NCBI GenBank assembly: GCA_963836075.1
Contig: CAWIIB010000009.1
Span: 1,376,001 to 1,440,000, forward strand
Length of the DNA: 64,000 nucleotides
Direction: 5' to 3'
DNA from: an uncultured Acidobacteriota bacterium
GTDB taxonomy: Bacteria > Acidobacteriota > JAQAZP01
This document shows, in pieces, positions 21,496 through 32,853 of the stretch. The notes beneath the pieces were generated by a model. That model was not told where the DNA came from. It searched no databases and saw only the letters and a program-made list of their open reading frames with translations. Made by a program: the position numbers and the translations under genes. How positions within the stretch are numbered: position 1 is the first letter of the stretch; the number at the start of each line of letters is the position of its first letter.

Positions 21496-22452
21496 TCAGT
21501 CACCGGTGGAGTAGGGCAGGAACAGGGTGAACACCGAACCGCCCTCCTTGCGTGGTGCGGCATGGATCTTACCCTTGTGCCTCTGGGCGATCAGCTCCAC
21601 CAGGTAGAGACCCAGGCCGGTTCCCCGGGCCGAGCGGTCCTCGGCGCTGCCGGTCTGGTAGAACTTGCGAAACACTTTCTTCCGCTCGGCCTTGGCGATG
21701 CCGATGCCGTTGTCCTCGAAACGGATGTGAACCCCGCGGCGTCCGGGGGAGAAGACCATGTCCAGCCTGGGCTGTTTCGAGCGGTTGTACTTCGTGGCGT
21801 TGGTGAAGAGGTTGATCAGCAGGATCTCGAAGAGGTCCCGGTTCAGACGGCAGGTGAAGGTCCGCCCCGAGGGGTTGTGCAGCTCCGACCGGCAGTTCTC
21901 GAAGAGGTGGGCGTTCTTTTTCCGGAACCGCTCAACTTCCTTCAGCAGGTCGACGTTCTCGAACTCGCCGGCCCAGGTGCGGCTCTCGATGCGGGCCAGG
22001 TTGAGGATCCGGGAGATGTTGTGCGTCAGCCGGTCCGCGTCGCCGATCATGTAGTCGAGGTATTTCAGCTGTTCTTCCCGGGTCAGTTCATACTTGCGCA
22101 TGGTCTCCAGGTAGAGCTTTGTCGAAGCCACCGGCGTGCGCAGTTCGTGGGTGAAGTTCCCGATGAAGTTGCGCTGCAGGCGGTAGAGCTGGTTCGTTTT
22201 CTGGTGGTAGACGAAGATGATGAAGAAGCCGAGGAGGATGATTCCCACCAGGATGGAAAGGACCAGGATCACCACCCAGGTCTGGGGGGCCAGCACCTGC
22301 TCCGGGTCGAGGTTGGCCCGGTTGATCACGCTCTGCAGCCCCTCGCTGGCCTCCACATACCAGTAGATGTAGAGGAAGAGCGAGAGCCCCACCGCCAGGA
22401 TGGAGAGTACCAGAACGATGATGGGATGGAAAAACCACCGGACTCGAGTCAT
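21496..22452 (-). CDS. Sensor histidine kinase
   Basis: Two TMs, THELRTP H-box, NATKY, DNGIGI, GTGLGL. Confidence 0.95.
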   Translation of the reverse strand: MTRVRWFFHPIIVLVLSILAVGLSLFLYIYWYVEASEGLQSVINRANLDPEQVLAPQTWVVILVLSILVGIILLGFFIIFVYHQKTNQLYRLQRNFIGNFTHELRTPVASTKLYLETMRKYELTREEQLKYLDYMIGDADRLTHNISRILNLARIESRTWAGEFENVDLLKEVERFRKKNAHLFENCRSELHNPSGRTFTCRLNRDLFEILLINLFTNATKYNRSKQPRLDMVFSPGRRGVHIRFEDNGIGIAKAERKKVFRKFYQTGSAEDRSARGTGLGLYLVELIAQRHKGKIHAAPRKEGGSVFTLFLPYSTGD

Positions 22453-22589
22453 GGCGTTTTGCCCGCCGGGATGAATGTAAAACTATTGTAAAACAAGCGT
22501 TTCCGCTTTCATCCGCCTTCGCCGGAACCTACTATGACTGTGGAAACCGAAATCGTCAATATCATTTCTCAAGCTGGCGGAGAATCATT

Positions 22590-24356
22590 GTGAACCAGTC
22601 GTACCCCGTCCATCCCCTCGGCACCAGGGCCAGGGTGCTGCTGACCTCGGTCTACGGGCCCTATGCCCGGGACGACGAGGACGGCAGCCGTTCGATCAAC
22701 CCCATGGAGCTCTACCACAACCAGGTGACCCGCACCCAGGGGACTTTCTCCCTGCGGATGTTCCACCGCTCCTTCGGCCTGATGCTGCTCCAGGCGAACA
22801 TGGACGCGCCCTGCACCCTGATCGACTTCCCCACCCTGGAAAGCTTCACCGCCCAGCTCGAGGCGGAACAGTACGACGTGGTGGGCATCAGTTCGATCAT
22901 CGTCAACGTGGGCAAGGCGAAGAAGATGTGCGACCTGGTGCGCAAGCACCAGCCCCGGGCCACCATCGTGGTGGGCGGCCACATCGCCAACCGGGACGGC
23001 ATCGAGGAGATGCTGGACGCCGACCACATCGTCCGCGGGGACGGGGTCCGCTGGTTCCGCCAGTTCCTCGGTCAGGATGTGGAGGCTCCGGTGAAGCACC
23101 CGGCGGTGATCTCCGGTTTCGGCACCCGGATCATGGGCATCAAGCTGCCCGAAAATCCGTCCGGCACGGCGGCGATCCTCATCCCCTCGGTGGGCTGCCC
23201 CGTGGGCTGCAACTTCTGCTCCACCTCGGCCATGTTCGGCGGCAAGGGCAAGTTCCTCAACTTTTACGAGACCGGCGACGAGCTGTTCAACGTCATGGCC
23301 GGCATCGAGACGGAGCTGAAGACCCGCTCCTTCTTCATTCTTGACGAGAACTTCCTGCTGCAGCGGAACCGGGCCCTGCGCCTGCTGGAGCTGATGGAGC
23401 GGGAAGGGAAGAGCTGGTCGCTCTATGTCTTCAGTTCCATCCGGGTGCTCAGGTCCTACAGCATCGAGCAACTGATCGGCCTGGGAGTTTCCTGGATCTG
23501 GACCGGGCTGGAAGGGGAGAACAGCCAGTACGGCAAGCTGAAGGGTGTTGACACAAAGGAGTATGTCCGCCTGCTCCAGTCCCACGGCATGCGGGTCCTC
23601 GGCTCCTCGATCATCGGCCTGGAAAACCACACCCCGGAGAATATGGACCAGGTGATCGACCACGCGGTGGGACACGACACCGACTTCCACCAGTTCATGC
23701 TCTACACACCGGTGTCCGGCACGCCGCTGCACCGGGAGCACCGTGACCAGGGCACCCTGCTGCCCGAGACAGAGTTTCCGGTGGCCGACGCCCACGGGCA
23801 ATTCCGCTTCAACTACCGCCACCCCCATATCACCGGCGGTCAGGAGGAACAGTTCCTCATCGATGCCTTCCAGCGCGATTTCGAGGTCAACGGCCCCAGC
23901 CTGGCCCGGCTGATCCGCACCACCCTTGACGGCTGGGTGCGTTACCACAAGCACCCGGACAAACGGATCCGTCGCAACTACAGCCGCGACGGCATGCTGC
24001 TCCGCACATCCTATGCCGGCGCCGTCTGGGCCATGCACCGCCACCTCCGGGGAAACGATCGCCTGGAAAAGAAACTGGGGGACCTGCTGAAGCGCTTCCA
24101 CAGTGAATTCGGCTGGACCACCCGGGTGATGGCCGCGGCCATCGGGCGCTACATCCTCTTCATGCTCCGGCGGGAGGAGAAGCGGCTGGCTCGGGGCTGG
24201 ACCTACGAGCCGAACACGCTGGTGGAAAAGAACGACGCGGCGCTGGCCCTGGAAAAGGACGCCCCGGTGCCGTCACAGACGGTCAAGCCAAAGGTACCCT
24301 GGGTCACCGGCGAACTGGTGCCGGTGCCAATACCGGCAAAGAACGTCCGCGGTTAG
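22590..24356 (+). CDS. B12-binding radical SAM protein
   Basis: IVVGGH, GCPVGCNFC, DENF, TPVSGT. Confidence 0.88.
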   Translation: MNQSYPVHPLGTRARVLLTSVYGPYARDDEDGSRSINPMELYHNQVTRTQGTFSLRMFHRSFGLMLLQANMDAPCTLIDFPTLESFTAQLEAEQYDVVGISSIIVNVGKAKKMCDLVRKHQPRATIVVGGHIANRDGIEEMLDADHIVRGDGVRWFRQFLGQDVEAPVKHPAVISGFGTRIMGIKLPENPSGTAAILIPSVGCPVGCNFCSTSAMFGGKGKFLNFYETGDELFNVMAGIETELKTRSFFILDENFLLQRNRALRLLELMEREGKSWSLYVFSSIRVLRSYSIEQLIGLGVSWIWTGLEGENSQYGKLKGVDTKEYVRLLQSHGMRVLGSSIIGLENHTPENMDQVIDHAVGHDTDFHQFMLYTPVSGTPLHREHRDQGTLLPETEFPVADAHGQFRFNYRHPHITGGQEEQFLIDAFQRDFEVNGPSLARLIRTTLDGWVRYHKHPDKRIRRNYSRDGMLLRTSYAGAVWAMHRHLRGNDRLEKKLGDLLKRFHSEFGWTTRVMAAAIGRYILFMLRREEKRLARGWTYEPNTLVEKNDAALALEKDAPVPSQTVKPKVPWVTGELVPVPIPAKNVRG

Positions 24357-25111
24357 CGCTTGCCTCCCGGAAAGTCCTCGTCGCGGTGCTCGCTGTCATG
24401 GTAGGTGACCACCGGGCGGGTGAGCGGGCCGTCGGTGTAGTCGAGGTAGGTCTCGTCCCCGTGGGAGTAAGCCCACTCGATCCAGCGGCGGATGGTGCGG
24501 CTCTCGATATACTGCGGCTGGATCTTCTCCCTGCGGTTCACTTCATAATGGCTGTCCAGGTGCATTTCCAGCTGGGCGTGGGCCGCGGTGTAGGCCCAGC
24601 GGTCCGAGGGTCCGTGGGCCAGCTCCATCTCGGTACAGCCCCGCTTGAGGATCACGCCGGTGCCCTCGCCAAGGCTGGCTTCCACCTCGGCGCGCACGGT
24701 CTGGTACAGCTCCCGCGCGCCCTTCAGCCCTTCGCTGATCGGGCAATACCAGTATGCCCCGTACAGCGCGTGAACGTGCTCCCGCTCCTCGATGCCGCAC
24801 TTTGACGGCCGGTCGAGTTTCTTCTGGATCTCGCGGACCTTGAACAGGTCGCGCAGGGTCTTCGGCCGGACCACCACCTTGAAGCAGTGGTGGCAGTTCT
24901 GGGGGATGAACCCGTAGAGCTTGGAGTAGACGGTGGAGTGCCGGGTGCACTCCCGGTCCCCGGCCAGGCGCTGGTGGACCCAGGGCGTGTCATCCACAAG
25001 CTTTTCGGTGACCACGATCTTCTCGTCGGTCAGCTCCACGGCCTTGTTCTTCACGTCCGCGGCGATGGGATCCACCACGTCCATGGCCTTCATCTTCTCG
25101 TACAGTCCCAT
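24353..25111 (-). CDS. Cys-containing hypothetical protein
   Basis: GAGG RBS and host-like codon bias; CHHCFKVVVRP, KCGIE, KRGCTE motifs. Confidence 0.7.
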   Translation of the reverse strand: MGLYEKMKAMDVVDPIAADVKNKAVELTDEKIVVTEKLVDDTPWVHQRLAGDRECTRHSTVYSKLYGFIPQNCHHCFKVVVRPKTLRDLFKVREIQKKLDRPSKCGIEEREHVHALYGAYWYCPISEGLKGARELYQTVRAEVEASLGEGTGVILKRGCTEMELAHGPSDRWAYTAAHAQLEMHLDSHYEVNRREKIQPQYIESRTIRRWIEWAYSHGDETYLDYTDGPLTRPVVTYHDSEHRDEDFPGGKR

Positions 25112-25319
25112 GATCCTCGCCTCGTGCTGAAGGGAGCAGGGGCTGGCGCCCGCGGCGCCTGCCGGGAACCGCTCCTGATCTCTGGTCGCTTGGGGGCCGA
25201 CCCATGGGTGCGGGCGGCGAACTCCATTATACTCAATTCCTGCCCTGGCGGGGCGGCGGCCGCAGTATGACGGAAGTGGTATAATTTGCCGGTCGACACA
25301 GTACCGGAGTGAGCGAACC

Positions 25320-25796
25320 GTGACCGTGACAAAACGAGAACTGACGCTGGGCCTGCTGGTGGCGGCACTGGCGCTGCTGGTCTGGTACCTGGTGCCCTCC
25401 GAAGAGGACCGGATCCTCGAGCGGCTGGAGCAGGCCGCCCGGGCCCTGGAGCGGGAGGACGCCGGCGGGGTGATGTCGGTGATCGATGTCGAACGGTTCA
25501 CCGATCCCATCGGCGCGTACGACCCGAGGGAAATGGAGAATGGCCTGGTCAAGGCATTCCAGATGTTTGACAATATCGAAGTGATCATGGAAAAGCCGAG
25601 GATTCGCATCGAGGAGGGCAAGAAGCGCGCCCTGGTCACCCTCCGTTTCGTGATCACCGGGATATACGAGGGGCAGTTCGGTTTTATCGTGGGCACGACC
25701 CAGGAGACCGCGCTGGCCCGGTTCACCATGGAAAAGAACCCCGAGGCCGGCTGGCAGGTGGTGGAACTCACCGCGGCCAAACTCCCCGGGATCTGA
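25320..25796 (+). CDS. Membrane-anchored hypothetical protein (possibly NTF2-like fold)
   Basis: N-terminal TM followed by an alpha/beta pattern ending in WQV; first gene of an operon. Confidence 0.65.
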   Translation: MTVTKRELTLGLLVAALALLVWYLVPSEEDRILERLEQAARALEREDAGGVMSVIDVERFTDPIGAYDPREMENGLVKAFQMFDNIEVIMEKPRIRIEEGKKRALVTLRFVITGIYEGQFGFIVGTTQETALARFTMEKNPEAGWQVVELTAAKLPGI

Positions 25797-25805
25797 GATA
25801 CCTCA

Positions 25806-28055
25806 ATGCAGAGTGCCGTTTCAGGAAAACGCGTCCAACGGGCGGCTGCCTGGGTCCTGGGCCTGGTGCTGCTGGCCACGCCCGGTTGCGGCGGGCCGGC
25901 TGAACCGCCGCTGGAGCTCGAGCAGGGGTTCCTGCCGCTGGCCGGGGACGGGGTGGAGGTGCGTCCGGCCATGGTGGGCAAGGAGCGGCGGCCCACCCTC
26001 AGTCTGAAGGACGGGGAGACCTTCCTCTCACCCTGGGCCCGCCTGCCCCGTGGCGCGGTTCTGGAACTGGGCTACGGGTTTTTCCGACCACCTTTTGGCA
26101 GCTCCCTCCGTTCGGATGAAGAGGCGCTTACACCGCCCCGGGCCCGGTTCGAGGTCCGCCTGCTGACCACCGGCGGCCGGGCCGCCCGGCTGGTGGGCCG
26201 GACGCTGGACGCCGGGAAGTCGATGGAGTGGACCGACCGCCAGGTGGATCTCTCTTCCTGGGCCGGGGCAATGGTCCGGCTGGAGCTGCGTGCCACATTG
26301 CTGGACATCCCGGCCGATGGCGCCGGACCGATCCTGCCGGTCTGGTCGGTGCCGCGGCTGCTGGCCCCGGTGGAGAACCGGTCCCCTGTGGATGAAGGGC
26401 GGCTGCTGCTGCTGGTGTCGCTGGACACACTCCGCGCCGATGCCATGGGGGCATACGGGACCAGCCGGATGACCAGCCCCTGCCTCGACAAACTGGCCCG
26501 GGAGGCGGTGCAATACAGTACCTGCCTCACCCCCTCGCCCTGGACCCGGCCGTCCCACATGTCGCTGCTCACCTCGCTCTACCCCCACGTTCACGGCCTG
26601 GACAAACGAAACAACCTCAGCCTCAGTGACTCCTTTGCCACCCTGGCCGAGGTCCTGGAGCAGGACGGCTTCTGGACCACGGCGATCACCGGGGGGGGCT
26701 ATCTCTACCCGACCCACGGGTTCGAACGGGGGTTCCAGTATTACCGGGCATCCGGTTCCAACTTTAGCGGCGCCTCCCGGCTGGCTCGGCACTGGATCCG
26801 GCGCTGGAAGGGGCTGGATCTTTTCCTCTTCCTCCACACCTATGCCGTCCACGAGCCGTATAACCGGATGGGGAACTACCAGTATCACAGCGCCGGCCTG
26901 CCCAACCCCACCGAGGGCAGTCTGCCCAGGCCGGGCGACCCGGTGCTGCCCCGGGTCAGCAAACGCCTCCGCCTGCTTTACGACGACGGCCTGCTCCATG
27001 CCGACCACTGCCTCGGCATGCTGTTCAAGCGGATGAAGCAGGAGGGGCTCTGGGACCGGTCGATGATCATCGTGGTGTCGGACCACGGGGAGATGTTCAT
27101 GGAACATGGCCGGCTGGGCCACTCCACCCGGCTCCACGAGGAACTGCTGCGGGTGCCGCTGCTGATCAAGTACCCCCGCGGCGCCGAGGCGCGGGGGGCG
27201 CCGCCCCCCGGCACGGTGGTTCACGAGCCGGCGGAACTGCTGGACGTTCTGCCCACCGTGGTGGCGGCCTACGGCATCGATACCCCGGCGGCGGGGCAGT
27301 TCCAGGGGCGAAGCCTGGTGGACGGCGAGGGCCGCGGCTGGCAGTATGCGGAGACATATGTGGGCAAGAAGGAGCGCCGGACGGTGCGGGCCGACCAGAT
27401 CAAGTACCTGATCAACCGCACCGACAGCGTGGAAGAAGTCTTTGACCTGAACTACGATCCCGGTGAGCGGAGGGATCTGGCTGCCGGCGGCTGGGGGGGC
27501 GAGGTCTACGGCGGGCGGCTGCTGCTGGGCCTGGCCGAATCCCTGGGACAGGAAGGCCTGCACCTGGCCGTGGGCTGGCCGGCCAACGGTCATGGCGGGG
27601 GGCGGATCCGGGGCCTGCTGGAGGCGGACAGCGACATCCTGTCGGTCACCGCCAATTTCCCGCGGGAGGCGGGCCGGGTGACCCTGGCGCCGTCGGGGCG
27701 GGAGGTCCGTTTCGACGTCCGACCCCACATGGTGCCGCTCGATTTCCTGGTGCAGCTGGAAAACCCCGGAGCATCGCTGAGCCTCAGTTTCAATCCGGGG
27801 AAGCAACGGGCCCCCGAGCCGGCACTGTTGATCGGTGAAGGCCAACCCGTCGGCTCCGGTCTGCCCGCCGTTTCCGACGCCCGTTACCGCCTCCGGTGGG
27901 GCCGGGCGCCGGGAGAATTTTCACCGGAGCTGGAGCCGGAGGGCGACGGGCCCTGGATCCAGCTTTACTACCGCCCTTCGCGGGTGGAACAGCAGCCGGC
28001 CCACGCCCCGGAGGAACGCCGGGAGATGCTCAAGGCCCTGGGATACCTGGAGTGA
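25806..28055 (+). CDS. Sulfatase-like (alkaline phosphatase superfamily) lipoprotein
   Basis: Possible lipobox PGC; LVSLDTLRAD, WTRPSHMSLLT, VVSDHGE, RVPLLIK, LKALGYL. Confidence 0.88.
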   Translation: MQSAVSGKRVQRAAAWVLGLVLLATPGCGGPAEPPLELEQGFLPLAGDGVEVRPAMVGKERRPTLSLKDGETFLSPWARLPRGAVLELGYGFFRPPFGSSLRSDEEALTPPRARFEVRLLTTGGRAARLVGRTLDAGKSMEWTDRQVDLSSWAGAMVRLELRATLLDIPADGAGPILPVWSVPRLLAPVENRSPVDEGRLLLLVSLDTLRADAMGAYGTSRMTSPCLDKLAREAVQYSTCLTPSPWTRPSHMSLLTSLYPHVHGLDKRNNLSLSDSFATLAEVLEQDGFWTTAITGGGYLYPTHGFERGFQYYRASGSNFSGASRLARHWIRRWKGLDLFLFLHTYAVHEPYNRMGNYQYHSAGLPNPTEGSLPRPGDPVLPRVSKRLRLLYDDGLLHADHCLGMLFKRMKQEGLWDRSMIIVVSDHGEMFMEHGRLGHSTRLHEELLRVPLLIKYPRGAEARGAPPPGTVVHEPAELLDVLPTVVAAYGIDTPAAGQFQGRSLVDGEGRGWQYAETYVGKKERRTVRADQIKYLINRTDSVEEVFDLNYDPGERRDLAAGGWGGEVYGGRLLLGLAESLGQEGLHLAVGWPANGHGGGRIRGLLEADSDILSVTANFPREAGRVTLAPSGREVRFDVRPHMVPLDFLVQLENPGASLSLSFNPGKQRAPEPALLIGEGQPVGSGLPAVSDARYRLRWGRAPGEFSPELEPEGDGPWIQLYYRPSRVEQQPAHAPEERREMLKALGYLE

Positions 28056-28062
28056 CCATCAC

Positions 28063-28530
28063 GTGAACATCCTCTTTGTCTGCACCGGCAACATGTGCCG
28101 CAGCCCTTTCGGCGAATACTGCCTCGAGGACCGCCTGAAACAGGAACCGGAGGCCTCCCGCCCGACGGTCACCGCGGGTTCGGCCGGAACCATGGTTTCC
28201 GAAGGCCACCCGGCCGCCGAGGATGCCGTTACCTATGCCGTGGAATTCGGACTCTCCCTGGAGAACCACCGGGCGCGGCAGTTGAGCGAGGAACTGCTGG
28301 ATGACGCGGACCTGGTGCTGGTGATGGACCGCTCCCACGAGAAGATGATCCTCGCCTTCTGGTCCCACCACCGGGAGAAGGTGCGTTACATGACCGAGTT
28401 CGACCCTCAGGGCAAGGGGAAGAAGAAGGACGTGGCCGACCCCTACGGCAACTCGGCCCGGGTCTACCGCAAGAGCTTCCAGCTCATCGAGCGTTGTGTG
28501 GACGGTCTGGTGGACAGCCTGCGCTCCTGA
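28063..28530 (+). CDS. Low molecular weight protein Tyr/Arg phosphatase
   Basis: FVCTGNMCRS, SAGT, DPYG. Confidence 0.93.
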   Translation: MNILFVCTGNMCRSPFGEYCLEDRLKQEPEASRPTVTAGSAGTMVSEGHPAAEDAVTYAVEFGLSLENHRARQLSEELLDDADLVLVMDRSHEKMILAFWSHHREKVRYMTEFDPQGKGKKKDVADPYGNSARVYRKSFQLIERCVDGLVDSLRS

Positions 28531-28552
28531 GGACAGACCTGATTCGCTCTGA

Positions 28553-31500
28553 TCACCCCTGCCGTTTGGCCCGCCACAGTGCCGCCTCCGCGGCATTGCC
28601 CCATGATTCGTACAGCTCCACCAGCGCCCGGATCACCCGCTGGCACTGGAAGTGGCTGTCATCGTGGGTTTCGCGCAACAGCTCGTAGGCGCTGGTCAGT
28701 TCGGTTTCAGCCTGCTGGAACCGGCCGGCCCGGGTAAGGTGAAGGCCGTGATGCCGCAGGGCCTTGGCCCGAGCCCCGGGGAGTTCCTCTTCGTAGCGGC
28801 TCATGGTCTTTTCGAACAGTGCGTCCGCCTCATCCAGCGAGCCCTCCTGGCTCAGGGCGCTGGCGGTGAGCAGGTCGCAGGCGGCCACCAGGGCGTCGTC
28901 TTCACCCAGCGCGTCCACCGCGATCACCCGGGCCTGCACCATCAACTCCCTGACCTTTTGGGTATTGCCGTGTTCCAGTTCCACCTGCGCCAGGTCGCGC
29001 ATGGCGATGGCGATGGCACGGTGGTTGGGGCCCACCAGCACCGGATACTCCTCTAGCACCTGCTCGAAGATGTCGGCTGCTTCGTCCAGCCGGCCCTGGG
29101 CGTAGCGTGTGCTGCCCAGATCGTGCAGGGAGACGGAGACCAGCACGTGTTCCTCGCCGAGGATCTTGATCCGGACCCTGCGGGCCTCTTCGAACCAGCG
29201 GGCGGATTCCTCCAGCTGGCCCATGCCGCGCAGGGTGCGGCCGAGGTTGTTCATCACCAGCGCCGTGTCCTGTTGTTCACGGCCGAAGGCCTTCTCGTAG
29301 GCCGTCAGTGACTGGCGGAACATGGTCTCGGCCTTGGCCAGTTCGCCCCGCTGGTAGTGCCCGTAGGCGATGTTGTGCAGGGTGGTCAGGGTGTCGGGGT
29401 GGTCATCGCCCAGTTGCTCCCGGCGGATCTCGAGGATCCTGCGGTTCAACCGCTCGTTCTCCTCGATGTCGCCGGTTTCACCGAGGATCACTGCCAGGGT
29501 GCCCATGGCTTCGGCCGTCTGCAGGTTTTCCGGCCCGAAGATTTCCTCGGTCATGGCCAGACCTTCACGGGCACTGGCCACCGCCTCGTCGTATTGCCCG
29601 AGACGCTGCAGGCAGCGGGCGAAGCTGCTCAGGGCCTCGGCCAGCTTGGGGTGCGAGTCGCCGTAGATCCGCTTGCTGGTCTCCAGGGCCTGACGAAAGC
29701 GCGCCTCGGATTTCTTGTAGTCGTTCTGGTAGTAGGCCAGCCAGGCCATGTTGTGCAGGTCGGTGACGGTGAAGGGGTGGTCGGCCCCCAGGACGCGGGT
29801 GTGGATCTCCAGGGCTTCCTCGTACAGCGGTTCCGCCTCCGGGAAGCGCCCGAGGTGCATCATCAGGTTGCCCAGGCTGTTCAGGCTGATCGCCAGCTCA
29901 TCCAGATGTTCTTCCCCCAGCACCTCGCGCTGGATGTCGATGGCCTCCAGCAGCGGGGCTTCGGCTTCGGCATAGCGGTCCTGGGAGACGAGGATGTTGG
30001 CCAGGTCCCGCTGGGAATTGGCCACCTCCCGGTGGCGGTCGCCGAACAGCTGCCGGCGCATCTCCAGGGCTTCACCGAAACGCTGCTCGGCCTCGGCATA
30101 CTCGGCCCGGCCCCAGTGGACCTGGGCCAGGTTGTTCAGATCCTGGGCCACGTCCGAGTGCGTCGGGCCATAGGCCTCACGGTGCCGCTCCAGGGCCAGC
30201 AGATACTGCTCTTCCGCCTTCTCGAACTTGCCCAGGTCGAAATAGGTCGTGCCGATGAACGAGCGGATGGTGCCCTCCACGTCTGGTTGCCCGGCCAGCT
30301 CCTCGCCGACTTTTTCTTCCGTCTCGCTGAGGATCTCCTCCAGCATCTCCGTGTCGCGACCGCGGGAGACCGAGGGGCCCACACCCGCGAGCATGTCGGT
30401 GAGGAACCCGGCGGTCATCTCGGCCGTCTTCGCTTCGGTTCGGGCGTGGTTCTCGGCGGCCCTGGCCTTTACCAGGCCGATGCTGGTGCCCACCACGCCG
30501 GCGATCAGCAGCAGCGCCATGATCGCACCGGTGGCGAACACGGTACGGTGCCGTGTCACCAGTTTCTTCAGGCGGTAGGCCCGGCTGGGCGGGGACGCGG
30601 CCACCGGTTCGTTGGCGAGGTAGCGCTTGATATCCATCACCAGGCCGTTGGCGGTCTCGTAGCGCCGGGCACGGTCCTTTTCCAGGCACTTCATCACGAT
30701 CCAGTCCAGCTCTCCGCGCAGGGTGCGGGTCAGCCGATCGCTCCGCTCCCGGCGCAGCGAGGCGATCTGGTTGAGACTGGCGCCGAGGGAGCTGGCGCGG
30801 GTGCTGGGCCGCGGCGGATCCTCCTCGCGGATGATGCGCTGGATCTCGCCGAAGCCGGCGCTGAGCAGTTCTTTGGAGCTGAACGGGGTGGTGCCGGTCG
30901 AGCAGCTCGTAGAGCAGGACGCCCAGGGAGTAGATGTCGCTGCGGGTGTCCACGTCGAGGCCGGTGAGGTCCGCCTGCTCGGGGCTCATGTAGAGCGGTG
31001 TACCGATAATCTGCTTGTGCTCGGTGAAATAGGTCTTTTCGGTGAGCCGCTGGTTGGTGGCCTTGGCGATACCGAAGTCGATCACCTTGGGGACGGGCCG
31101 GCCTTCGTCTTCGCCCACCAGGACATTTGACGGTTTGATGTCGCGGTGGATGATCCCCTTCTGGTGGGCGTGCTGGACGGCACGGCAGACCTGGGAGAAC
31201 AGTTCCAGGCGCTGCTGGACGCTGTACTGGTGATGGTCGCAGTATTCGGTGATCGGCCGGCCCCGGACCAGCTCCATCACGAAGAACGGCCTGCCGGTTT
31301 CGGTGGCCCCGGCATCCAGGACCTTGGCGATGTGCGGGTGGTCCATCAGGGCCAGGGCCTGGCGTTCGGCCTCGAACCGCGCGATCACCTCCCTGGTGTC
31401 CATGCCCAGCTTGATGATCTTCAGCGCCACCCGGCGGGTGACCGGTTCCAGCTGTTCGGCCTCGTACACGGTGCCGAAACCGCCCTCGCCGATGGGCTGC

Positions 31501-31675
31501 AGCAGCCGGTAGCGGCCGATGCGGCTTGCCCGGTTCTTCCCCAGGTCCGGGCATGGCCCCGGCGGCTCCGGATGTGCCCTGGTCGTGGCTGGCGCCAATG
31601 GTTTCGGCGTCGGTGGAGTCCCCTCCGTGGGGGGAACTGAAGGAGGTGGCGATCATTGTCGTTGTCAGTGGACAT
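28553..31675 (-). pseudogene. Hanks-type Ser/Thr kinase with TM and long TPR region; frameshifts near 30899, 31525 and possibly 31650
   Basis: [31 protein letters not shown]; ~42-aa kinesin-light-chain-type TPRs (G..HP..A..LNNLA). Confidence 0.88.
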
Positions 31676-31794
31676 GGTTCATTCCATTCAGGAAAACAGC
31701 ACGATTAAAATGATCGAGTGAATCTATATATTATATGTATTATCAGTTGAATTGGCAAATCGGGGGAGAGGGAAGCCCGAGGGGGCCGGCGGTA

Positions 31795-31888
31795 CACAAA
31801 AACCCCCGCCAGGTTTGCACCCGGCGGGGGTTTATCATTCAAACTCAGTTGTAGCGATCAGCTGTCGGAGCCGGACCGCCCGCCGCGG
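31795..31888 (-). repeat. Copy 1 of pnp 3' end (RGGRSGSDS-stop) plus terminator; att-like island boundary
   Basis: Direct repeat of 46475-46567 and 42722-42819. Confidence 0.9.
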
Positions 31889-32129
31889 TGCGGAAGCGCA
31901 ACTGGGCACAATTGTTGCGCCAGGAGATCGAGATTAATGTTCTGCGCCCCTCATCTCGTTTATCATCACAACCCTGGATCAGGTGATTCGCCGGAATCGG
32001 CGTGAATTCCTTGACGCCGGAAATGGAAAGGCCTACTCTTGGTACTAAGATCGCCCAATGCACGGTCACCGGCCTGGCGCCATAATCGTTCGTTGGTAAA
32101 GACGGCCGGAAGAGAAGGCGCGGCTCAGG

Positions 32130-32850
32130 TCAGTCCACGATGCTGAAGTTATACACTTGGGGTATGGCGTCAGGATCGGCTGGGTTGGATATTTCAAGCT
32201 GGTATAGGCCGGGTTCCATCCGGGCCAGCGGGAGCAGAAGAGTGCCCGTCTGATCCTTGAAGCGATCAAACGTATCCTCCTGGTAAACGATTTCATTCGT
32301 CTCTGAGGTCACCGCTACTCGGTAGGGCTCGCCAGAACGTGCTCCGGGGTAGACAAAACTGATCAGCCCCTCCTTTCCGGCGGAGCGATGAAAGACCTGT
32401 TCCGTGCCTCCGCGAACGGGAAAGAGGGTGATGGCTTCCACCGGATGGATCGTCTGTGGGGTTTCTCCAGGTTTGCGCCATTGCGGTACCGATCACCAAG
32501 GCCAGCAGCAGGACGATATAGATCAAAGTCGGCCGGAAAGCCAGCGGTGCGGATGGCCAGAGATAGCCCCAGGTGGTTAGCCAGAAAGATGGTTTTGTCC
32601 CCGCCGGCGTGGCTGGAACTGGAGCCGTCGTCTCTTTCTCCTGCGCCTCGGCTTCCTGCTGAAGGGCCGAACGCACGGCGGGGCTTTTCCGGAGCGCGAT
32701 TGCTGTTGCCTCGAACCGCTGCACTTCATGGTGACAATGCCCGCAGTCGAGGAGATGGATTTCGAAAAGGGTCTGCTGGTCCTCTGTCAGCAGGCCCACT
32801 TCATAGGCATGGAAGAGACGGCCAACTTCAATGTCGATACATTGTTCCAT
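32130..32850 (-). pseudogene. Zinc-finger (HxxxCxxC) anti-sigma factor with TM and extracytoplasmic domain; frameshift at about 32458-32461
   Basis: FEIHLLDCGHC; TM; removing one base of GGGG joins it to the ..PVRGG..PGLYQLEI segment. Confidence 0.75.
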
Positions 32851-32853
32851 GGC

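Noticed and set aside
24353-25996. Full-length ORF calls for 24353-25996, 49569-51218, 11999-13780 and 6201-7415
   Set aside because: The 5' extensions overlap other genes or lack coding character, so the starts were moved downstream.
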